Shown here one piece after another: positions 51,601 through 61,666 of a DNA stretch of 64,000 nucleotides (its first letter is position 1; every line of letters starts with the position of its first letter). Both the position numbers and the translations under genes were made by a program. Location: contig OZ365110.1 of the NCBI GenBank assembly GCA_977030845.1, forward strand, positions 34,720,001 through 34,784,000, given 5' to 3'. This DNA is from Fimbriosthenelais zetlandica (lineage: Eukaryota). The notes under the pieces are model-generated. The model saw nothing but the letters and a program-made list of their open reading frames with translations, ran no database searches and was not told where the DNA came from.

Positions 51601-54600
51601 GGGGAGGGGAGAGTTATGACTGGTGCCGCCAAACCGCCGTGAGTCCTCATCCAATACAGACTGGTTCATGGTCGTCTTTCTCTCTTTTAGGTTCAGTAAC
51701 ATGACAGTCTGTAAAGTAACAAAATAATATATATTTTTTTCAATTCAGACCAGTATATTTTTGACGTTTTTTGATGTATTTAATGACATTCCTTCGTCCA
51801 CATTCCAATCCAGTTATAACTAAAAGTTTTACCCCTTTAATTCCCCATTAGGTATTTAATGTCTAAACAAAAAATGTATTATTAATCACCTCAGGTATAG
51901 GTAAACATGTGGGTCTGTTCCTGCCATATAAGGAGTAGTAGAGATCAGCGATATCACATCGAAGGCGGGCATCATGCGAGAAATTGGAGCTGGAATGAAG
52001 TAAAATAGCAGTTTAGCAGATGAACTAATAAAATCTCTGTAATGAATGCTTGGATAAAGTTATTTTCATTTCATATCGAGAGAAAAATTAAAAATTGAGA
52101 TCAAAATAGATCAGGTCTGGTGACATGGGAGTTTTAGGCCATGAATAATTAAGGCTAAAGGTTGTACTCCACTGCTGCGATTTTGCTTGCAACGCTACCA
52201 GGACAAAGGTGATTCTTGTGTTGAAGTGTAAAATGTACCATAGGAGGAACACCATAAAGCCTCGGACACTTCAACCACAATTTATTAATTTAATTTCGAC
52301 ACAAGCATCACCTTTGTCACAATAGTTTTGAAAGGAAAATCGCAGCAGTGGATTACTGCCTTCTGTAAAGTCATACATACTTCATTAGTCGCCACAGTCT
52401 CTCCACCAACACCTCGCTGCTAAGTGTACTCTCATCATTCCTGGTAAACGATGGATTCTCAACCAGCAAACACACAACTTTATGTCTGAAAGAAAAAAAA
52501 ATCACTTTAAATTTTCTAGTTCATTTAGGATAAGCCATATTTTTTACACGCCTCTTACCATAGACAGTGGGAGACATAGCTAGCCATTCTAAAGCCTGTC
52601 ACCAGAAACAGTGGGGAGACATAGCTGGCCTTTTTTATGTCTCTTATTAATTACAGACAGTGGCAGACATGGTCTTTGAAGTTACATATACCAGTTAGCA
52701 GCACTGGGTGGAAAAGGTCAATGGCAAAAATCTTAGATGGAAAGGGAAAAAATGAATTGGGTAATAATGGAAATATTCACCTCACGAATGGTTCAGGGTC
52801 TTCTTCAACCACGTCAAGCAAGTAAGACAAAGTGAAACCACACTGGGCAACTGGAAAGAGAAATGATTAAGAATTGAGCCTGAAAATTGTGCATCTTTTG
52901 ACGAGAAAGTCAATTTTTAGTTAATTTTACCACAATAAATCGAAAAATAAGTAGAAATATATATTTAAAATCCTTTCCCAAGGACCCTCTCCGAGAGGGA
53001 TTTTTTAAAAGCAGAAATATAGATAGCTCTGGAATCTGTAATCTGATAAAGTACCTTTGACATAGTCCACGAGAGCTTCTAGAGCGGCTAGACGGACATC
53101 GACAAAGTTACCAACAGAAGCGTAACTCTTAAATATGTCGGGATCAGTTGGAATATGACCAAACTTCTGCATCTTCCTGATGGCTTGCAAACAGCTGGAT
53201 AAATGAGAGAGTAAATATTTATCTTTAAATTTTGTTTAGATATGTTACAGTGGAAAGAATGTGGCCTCAGAAACATTGGTACATGTATTAGATGAAATAA
53301 AAAGAAAGCATTAACCTGCACATAAAATTAGAAGTTTTTAGACAGCGAATTAAAAATAATTATTGAAATTGACGAAATGACCATTTATTTAAATAGTGGA
53401 AACAAGGTTTCCCAATTTATTAATTTTAAGTATGTATTAGGCCGGCTGTAGCAAGATCCAAGTACGGATGAATTTTAATCATTTTGTGTCTGCAGCTATT
53501 ACTGAAAACTGTACGACCGTCCTAAGATTTGAGGACGTACTTAATATGAAGCAAGCATTTCTGGTGCTCAATGCGCCTCCGTGATAGTGCCCCTTTAAAT
53601 TTAAATGGACTAACCTGACGGTGATGACGAGTCTGTAGGAGGGGAGGAGCTTCTCCAGGTTTAGGTATCGTGTGAGCTCCTCTATAATTAACTTGGTGTC
53701 AGCTGTCAGTAAATCTGTACTTGGCAGACCCCTGAATGATCAACAGAAACACGATCAATGGAATACATATTCAACGGAGCAATGATGGATCCGAGTTCCA
53801 AGCAGTTCATGAAAAGATAATTCCCTGATTTTTCCCTGGGTAAACCCTTAAATTTCAAGAAACATTTAGTCATATGGAGCACTCTGAACTTCAGTGGTGG
53901 GAATGGGATTGTAAGTTAGTAAGCATCAATCTCCGGAAGATTACCCTTCTAAGACTGTGTTTGAAATTCCTTGAGTTTTCCCTGACTTTTATCAAATTCC
54001 CTGAGTTTTCCCTGTCTGGAAAAATTGAAACTCATTTTCCAGGTTTTACATGATTTCCAGAGTCGCTGGGAACCCTGTGGATTAAAGTGCATTTGCATTT
54101 TGCACAAGCCTCCCACCAAAGACGATAGACATGGTTCACCTTATACATGCCTCTCACCATAGACAATAAGAAATAAGGCTAAACTTTTACACCACATGGC
54201 TGGCCATTTACATGGCCTCTCACCATAGACAATGATAGACATGGCTGGTCCTCGACATGCCTCTCACCATACACAGTAGGAGACATGACTGACTTTTGAT
54301 AACCCAGTAAGCAGCACAGACTTACCCAGTCACAGTGACAGTGGTGACAGCTGGGGTGATGGTGTTGGCCAAGGCGTCAATGAGTGCAGCCCTGTAGAAA
54401 TCATCTGCCCACTTGTTGCGGCTATTGTCATTGTATTTAAAGAGGTCCAGTAGGAACTTGAGCACCTCAGGTGGACATATGTTATGTACAGACCGCAGGC
54501 TGGCCATGGCTACTGGTATAGCCTGAAAATTAAATATCAATTAAGATAAATTTACCTCAGAATAGCCTGATAATAGTAGGTTGTAAAAGAAAAATTTAAT

Positions 54601-57600
54601 TCTTTATATATTCAGAATTAGAACATCTTCTGGGGGTAAAAGATGACAAAAAGAACAATATTTCCAGTTACTGTTCCTTGAGGTGGGGACCTATCCATGT
54701 CTTGCTAACATAAAATATTGCTAAAATTAACATGCACTTTTATGTGATTAGTAAGTTACAAAGCAAAATATTATATCTAGCAACATTTAAAAATTGTCCT
54801 GAATTTCTGAATTCAGGTATGTAAATTGACCTCATTGCATAATAAAATTTACAGTATTTTCAAAGTAAAATGTTATTTCTCAGTCAGGCTTACCTTTTGT
54901 AAGTGGTAATGCATGAAGTTAGTAAAGTTGTTTTGTCTGACAATATCAGGGCAAGAATGGGAACCAAACATCTTCCTGAATATAGTCATCATGGCTGGCG
55001 GACCTGCCCAACTAGACACCATCTTATTGGCCACCTGGAAATGAATATTCATGATCATTTAGGAATCTCGAGTTTTAATGTTTTTATCTGGGAGTGCTGT
55101 TCAAGTGCATGCCAACATTTCTGGAAAAAACGTATATTTGCCCTTTTTGATGGGCAAAATGGTTCTTTAGAATGCTTCTCACCAGACATTGGGACTTGGG
55201 AGACATGGTTGGCCTTTTATATGCCTCTCAATATAGGCAGTTGGAGACATGGCCGGCCTTTTACATGCCTCTCACCACAATGGGAGTCAGAGAGCCTTAT
55301 AGTTCAATGAAACGTGTTCGGTATTTATGTGGACCTACAGGACCCTCCTTGTACTTCTATGACAATAGAAGACATGGCTGGCCTTTTAGTAGCAATAGAA
55401 TTCCCTAAAAATCTCTGAATAATTTAGATTTAAAAACTTACCAGAGCTAAGCAGTTGGCGGCTTCCATGCGTATAAGGTAGAAGCAGCGGTCGTTCTCTA
55501 TGGTATCAGTGAGAGCCATCCTGGTAGCTGGGGTAGAGTATCTCTTTAAGGCTATGATAGCCTCATGTTGAGCTATCACATCACGCTCATACTTTAACAT
55601 GTACTGCCACATGTAGTCAGGCTGCTCTAATGTTACATGCCTCATAATGGTGATCTCAGGATCCACCCGCAGCCATAACACAGGCGAGTCAGCACTGCAA
55701 GGTTTAGTAAGGACAAAATTTAATACAGAAATAGTTCAGAATAAAAATTAATTCTCAAGACCCATCGTGATACACTATAGATAATTTGGCGACGGAAAAC
55801 GATTGTTTTGGCCCCGTTCGATTCACCTAGTTTTCTACCTGTGGTTGGAAGAAAAAATCTAGGCAATTTTTCAAAGGTCAGTGATAGAATTATATAAGCA
55901 ACACTTATATCAGCACTGTTAAAGACATTTAGATTGTTTTTGTATAATTTTTCACAAGAAAATTCATTCAAGAAATTACTCAAGCAGCCCTTCTGTTTTC
56001 ATGTAAGACAATAAATAACATGTACGTCAAATAAATGTTAAATACATGTAATACTCACTCCATAGCACTCAGGTCCATATCCACTTCCTCCCCAGTACAA
56101 AGTGGAATTTTCTTCTTTTTGTTTCTGGAAAGTGAAAATAAGACGGTTCAAATGTGGCAACAGCTATCATGCAGTGAGTACAGATCATATTTTACAGAAA
56201 ATTTCCTGGCAGAAAAGTATTCTATTGCAGCTAAAGAATACATATGTAAAAAGAATAAGAAAATGTAGGATTGCACTAACCTTCGACTCTTGGAATGGCA
56301 GGTTATTTCGAACCTAGTTTTGTTCTCTTCTATTTTGAAGTTGTGAGTGAATGTGCCATCCAATTCCTGTATTGTTACTGTGAGGGGACCCTAAAAATTA
56401 AAAAATAAATAAATGGATAAAAAAAATATAATTTTGATTGTTATTCTCAGGAAAAGGGTACATTAATATTACATATATTTGACTAAGTATTTGATATATT
56501 GTCTCAATTCTGTGACTTGGTACTTACAACATATCGGAGTGCACCTTTGGCAGAATAATCCTGTTTCAAGTCCAGTTCAACTACGTTTCTTTTACGATTG
56601 AAGTTGAAGCTCCCAACAAAGCGAGCACATCCACTTTGATGACTAGGTTACATTAAGGTGTGTACAAATTTGAATAATCTACCAATGAATACTACCATGT
56701 TTCTGGTTGAAATTTGAAAATTATTAAGTACTTTGTTTTAAAGAAAAAATGTTTTAGAATTATTAGTGGAAAGGATACGCCCATTGCTCAATGAATGTCT
56801 TCACATCTTTACCCGTCACGGTCGATAATCCTTTAAGGAACTGGAAATATAAATATTTGAGTGAGATTGCACTCATTTTGTGAAAACAATGTTTGAGAGC
56901 TACCAGACTTTGTTCGGACATTTTAAACTACTTTAATTTATCTGAATATTTTAAAATAAAATTTGTGTTTATTGGTTCTTGAATGAATTGGTTTAGCAAC
57001 TTACCGAGCTAGTAGATAGCAGCATGTGAGACCAGGAATTAGACGTAAACTTCATCTGAGCAGCGTTTTGTGCCAAGGACAGGAGTTTGTTGAATGCCTT
57101 TGAACAAGAAAGTACTTTATATTATTGGCAAGACCTGGTCTGAAAACACGAACATAAAACCTAAGGGAATATTTCAAAATATATTTTCATAAATCTTTTT
57201 TTCGGGGTATAAATCTCAATTTTTACGGTTATGATTTGCACTACACAATGGCAGCAATGGCTGGACTTTCACATGCCTCTCACCATAGACAGTGCGAGAC
57301 ATGGCTGGCCTTTGATAATCCAGTTAGCAGCACTGGGTTAAGAATACTAGTATTAATTAGCCTACCTGTAGTAGTAACTCTCTGCCTATATGGTTCTCTA
57401 GCATCCTCATCACTAGGTGGGCTTTCTTCTCGTACACGTGCGAGTATTTGGGAGAGACAGTGAAGGAATGTTTGGGGGAAAAGTAGAGTGTGTTCTCCTT
57501 ACTGGCGGCCGAGTCCAGCACAATACCTCCAACCTGACACTCGTATTCCTGGACTTCCTTCAAGATCTGTAGTTACAATTTTAAAAAAGAAAACCAATAA

Positions 57601-60600
57601 ATATTTGAAAATGAGAACAATTGCTTTTATTAACAGGGTTGCTTCACCTCGTCAGAAGTTTTTTGACTTTCAAAGGATAAGGACAATTTGCAATTCCAAA
57701 TCAACAAGTAGGAAACTCGCTGTCGGCACCAACTGAACAACTTTGATAACGCTGCGGTGAAAGGGACAACAGAAAAAGTTTAGGTAGTGATAATTTTAGT
57801 AAATTTTATATACTGAAATATACGGTGAAATTCTCAGAAAATTAAATATAACTTACACTGTTGATATGGTGCCTGTAGGGATTGTTGCCAAAAGCCTTTT
57901 TTCGGTAAAGTGCACCGAGGTAGGCGGAGATACCTTTGGGTAACCATGCATCACACCTACAATAAACAAAAAATAATGAGATAGTAGTAAATAATAGTAG
58001 TGGCAGCGGAAACTAGAAAAAATACCCATTTCCGACAGTTTCTGTCCAACAGGAAAAATCTTGAAGGGACAATACGAACGAAGTCGTACTTTTCTCAATT
58101 TCACTCACAACAAATAGTAAAAACATTGTATACTTGCTTTTAATGCGAAAATGCTAAGAGAAATAAATAGCTTGTGTACAAGTCTTTCAGGCCTGTAGCG
58201 CCGAATGGGCCTGTGTGACTTAGTGTCATTTAGTGAAAAATCATCACATATTTTAAGCCTCAAAAACCAAACCAGAACCTACCATGAATTCATGGAGATG
58301 AAGCAACCAAAGAACTGCTGGGCTATAGCTGTAGCCATGAACTGTCTAGAAGAAGGTACCTGGTCGATCATCTTCTTTGGATGTAGGAGGTTAGTGCTGA
58401 ATATGGTCATGGTAGCATAGGGTGAAGATTCAGTGTAGGCCTGATCTACAAATACCTGCTTGTAGCAGGAATAGGGGTAGCGACTGGACATCAACTCCTC
58501 AAAAAACTCAAATACCTGGAAAATGGAGAAAAATATACTGAAGTCACAGCTATATTTCCGACGAGGAGAAAATACGCTATTAGCGTACGGACTTATCTTT
58601 TTTTTACTCTTTTACAGTGATTCTCACAAGAGACAGTGGGCGACATGGCTGGCCTTTGATATCCCAATAAGCAGTACTGGGAGAGAAAAACAAAATATGT
58701 GTATTTTGTATTTTTCTCCAGTATAGAATTAAATAAATAGAACGTAAAAAAACGAGGAATTTATTAAAACAGTGATAATATATAAATTTACTTACTTCAT
58801 GTAAAAATGTGACTGACTGTTTTAAGATAGGTAGCAAATGTGGCAGGCAGAAATGTGTGACTTCATGCATCTGTGGATCAACGAAAACCTCAAATGGTCT
58901 GAAATGGGAGGAAAGTATTATTCACCAGAAATAAACAAATATTAATTGATTATAGTTATTTGAATACCAATACTCTTTACTAGAGATGGTTTCTATTTTG
59001 TTTTAGTTTTTATTGTCCAACGTTTCGGCAAGGACTGGTTTTTTCAATATTCATTGAATTGAATTTGCTTTATAATATATTTATCTTTTTAATTTATTTT
59101 TTAATATACTATAAGTATTGTATTGTACATTTTTAAAAATCAGCATTACATTGAAAATAATTACATTAATTGTAATGCAGATTAAAAAATGTGAAAGAAT
59201 TGTATTTTCAAGGAAAAATAAAGAACTTCCTTCCAGTATTTTCCTTTCAACATGGAACTCTAAAATGACTCACTTACCCAACAGCGAGGGCTATATTTGG
59301 AGCGGCGGTAGGAATAGAGAGATAGTAGTGGTAGGTTTTCTTCCTGAGATCAGACGTGTATACCGTCTCTATAAGATCACCACACGATACGGCTGTCATA
59401 TACATGTCAACCGTAAACTCCAGCTTCCAAGTACACACTTCAGAATAACTGTCTATGCACGGGAACCATAATCTGGAAGGTGAAGAGAATTTAATTGAAA
59501 TACTTTGACTTTAAATTTTATTGAACTCTAGGTTTTATATAGCTTATAGATTATGATGGTTCAATGTTTAAAACACAATTGACAGAGCTTTATTCTTTGT
59601 GGTGAATTTCGAAATTTCTTAACTATAAGAACCTAGGTTCGGCAAGTCCACTAATACTGACAAACATATTTTTTTTTCTATTTCGTCAAAAAAACTGGCC
59701 TAGGGTGGCATACGTGAAGTAAACTTAATATAAAATAAAATATAGACATTTAAAACTTAGTTCTTTTTAAATAATATATACCTGGAAGAATTCTCATGAC
59801 CAAAGGTAAAGAGATGAGCCGATCGTTCCAGCATGGTGCCATCTATGTCCGGTACAACAAACTTCACTCCACCCTTAGGCTTTTCTAAGGAAAACTCCAC
59901 ACAGATACGGAATGGTTTCATCTCTACAAAGAAAAGACAGAAAATGTTTATAAATTAGCCACTAAAGGCTTAGGTTTTAAACTAAGTATTATTAAAGGCA
60001 GTGTCCAAATTACTTAATTGGCTACATGTTAGCTTAAAATTTAATGATAAAACATTTTTCCATTATCTTCTTGGTATAGAATTAAACATTAAAACTATTT
60101 TTTTACAATCTCACCTGCAACTAAGGCATACGCCTCGGCAGGAATATGCACCGTGATTTCTCCATTTCCAAGATCAGCATCAACAGCTTGCATGGCAGTC
60201 AAATGGCTAGCTTGGAAATTATCCAGATTTCTCCTGAAACAAAAAAAACTCTCCCTTTAAACCAAAAGTTGATTAAGAAACAGAATTTTAACACTTAAAT
60301 AGGATGGAGATTGAAATATGTTGGTAGAATAGATTTACTTTTAATTCCGTTTTAAAACAAGAATATAACAAGGACTTACTGTTTCGTATCTCCTTGGCAG
60401 ATTTCTAGGGTAGGATCGTTGTAATCGAACATAGCTTCCCATATATCGTTTATGGCTACTCTGTATATTCGTAGGAAAAGTTAAGGAGAATGACTTAATT
60501 TCACATGAAGGACATTTTTGTTATCACGCTATGTATTCTTCCACTGACAACCATTTAATCTTTCTGGGGCATATTTGAAATATGGACATGGTTAATACCA

Positions 60601-61218
60601 GTAGGGCCTACAAGGTTTGTTATTTTCATATATTTAATTTAATTTCTAGGCCTAGCCCTAGGCATAGGCCTATAATTTTCATCAGTTTTCACAAAGGATA
60701 TGACATTGTTTGCTGTTGATCTTTATCCGCCTGAGATCGTGTTGTAAGGGATGAACCAGAAGTTCAACATATCCCTGAAAAATAAAAAATAAAATTGCCA
60801 AATATCAATAAAATAAAATTAATCTGTCATCTTACTACAGAAAATATTGGGTGTACAAAGTAGGTGTGTGATACTTACAACTAGCGACTCTCTTTCGAAG
60901 TTAAAGCCAGTAATACAAAGGGTCTGGTGGGCTGAAACATAAAAAATATAATTAAAACAGTGGTCATTTAGGCCTAATTTAATTAGGCTACCAAGGCAAG
61001 GGCTGGGGGGCCCTGGCCCGGCCCCAGGACAGGCAGGCTCAGCCGGCCCTGACACTGACACAGTGACAGTCTGAGCCTGAGCCTGAGCCTGAGGTGAGGA
61101 ATCGGTGGAGATGGGGGCATTTTGTGTTATATATTGTTAAATTAAGAGTCTGTTCTCATAAATTATATTTACCTAGCCTAAAGGGCCGCCCATTTTCGGG
61201 AATCTTTTCTTTCTTCAT
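48699..61218 (-). CDS. TAF2: TFIID subunit 2, complete, 29 coding exons, about 1357 aa
   Basis: Exons 61218-61173, 60931-60879, 60774-60702, 60470-60380, 60233-60115, 59923-59782, 59472-59278, 58898-58796, 58515-58283, 57956-57857, 57566-57366, 57097-57005, 56840-56779, 56642-56528, 56390-56281, 56124-56059, 55694-55442, 55034-54894, 54522-54326, 53731-53615, 53194-53055, 52850-52781, 52485-52381, 51989-51890, 51708-51562, 50883-50713, 50309-50112, 49762-49537, 49105-48699 give a continuous frame. Hallmarks: [66 protein letters not shown] and a C-terminal [16 protein letters not shown]. Confidence 0.98.
50915..51104. mobile_element. TTAA-flanked MITE with long TIRs (Kolobok/piggyBac-type target)
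   Basis: TTAA|AGGGATGCCAAACACTTG ... CAAGTGTTTTGCATCGCT|TTAA; near-palindromic. Second copy at 63104-63272. Confidence 0.85.
51225..51500 (+). repeat. 44-bp minisatellite module, about 6 units
   Basis: Unit starts at 51271, 51315, 51359, 51403, 51447 and 51491 (exact 44-nt period). Consensus GACATGGCTGGCCTTTTACATGCCTCTCACCATAGACAGTGGGT. Confidence 0.95.
52153..52362. mobile_element. MITE with CCACTGCTGCGATTTT subterminal inverted repeats
   Basis: CCACTGCTGCGATTTT (52169-52184) and AAAATCGCAGCAGTGG (52336-52351), with TTAA at the left. A half copy ends in GCC|TTAA at about 39780-39843. Confidence 0.75.
52541..52708 (+). repeat. 44-bp minisatellite module with hairpin cap
   Basis: About 3 degenerate units, then CCAGT-TAGCAGC-ACTGG. 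Confidence 0.8.
53820..54077. mobile_element. GGGAACCCTG-terminated element fragment
   Basis: Longest copy of the family; ends TTCCAGAGTCGCTGGGAACCCTG. Confidence 0.7.
54103..54320 (+). repeat. 44-bp minisatellite module with truncated cap abutting a TAF2 donor
   Basis: About 4 units, then TTTGATAACCCAGTAAGCAGCAC ending a few nt from the donor at 54325. Confidence 0.85.
55170..55390 (+). repeat. 44-bp minisatellite module, interrupted
   Basis: Units at about 55202 and 55246, plus a partial unit at 55371. Confidence 0.8.
56643..56778 (-). other. U12-type (minor spliceosome) GT-AG intron of TAF2
   Basis: 5' site GC|GTATCCTTT; branch-like CACCTTAAT about 10 nt before TAG|; no polypyrimidine tract; frame continuous (EQWA|HQSGC). 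Confidence 0.9.
57255..57337 (+). repeat. 44-bp minisatellite module with hairpin cap
   Basis: About 1.4 units, then TTTGATAATCCAGTTAGCAGCACTGGG. Confidence 0.85.
58610..58681 (+). repeat. 44-bp minisatellite module with hairpin cap
   Basis: About 1 unit, then TTTGATATCCCAATAAGCAGTACTGGG. Confidence 0.8.
60471..60701 (-). other. U12-type AT-AC intron of TAF2
   Basis: 5' site C|ATATCCTTT; branch TCCTTAAC (60487-60480); 3' end TTTTCCTAC|. The junction gives K-Q-C-R-I-Y-R, matching the TAF2 family. The nearest GT/AG pair would create a TAG stop. Confidence 0.95.
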
Positions 61219-61666
61219 CCCTAATTCTTGGACATTTTGTAAATTTCTTCTGTTTTGGGTCCTTCACCGCAGTACACAACTTAGCCGCGGCAGGTGAAGA
61301 TATCCGACGATTCAGCTTTGAGTTTCGTATCTATAGGAACACCAATCATAAAATGATAACAAGGATATGCATTGCCAAAAATAACACACTCATGAACCAT
61401 TTTTTTCCAAAGCATTATGTGAGTAATAATAAACTCTGAAAGTTCTTACTAATAATATTTACGAAAATGTCTTTCTAAATATGATGCCTACTCGTTGAAG
61501 GTCAAGGCCACACATACGATTTGGTCATTTGCCACGTCCGGTGATAAAACTGTTAAAATTTTATCAAATTTGTGATTTATTGGTGGAATTATTACGTACA
61601 AGGTTACATTCAACCCAGAGGTATATTCCTAGAAACATATTTGCGAGTTTCTGACCGCGAAGAAAG
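61219..61666. promoter_or_regulatory. Bidirectional promoter region TAF2/ArfGAP1
   Basis: The divergent start codons are only 448 bp apart. A YY1-like AAGATGGCG overlaps the ArfGAP1 ATG. Confidence 0.7.

Noticed and set aside
60463-60705. Canonical GT-AG reading of TAF2 intron 3 (CAAT|GT ... TACAG|AG)
   Set aside because: It creates an in-frame TAG and deletes the conserved C-R-I-Y. The AT-AC reading has perfect U12 signals.
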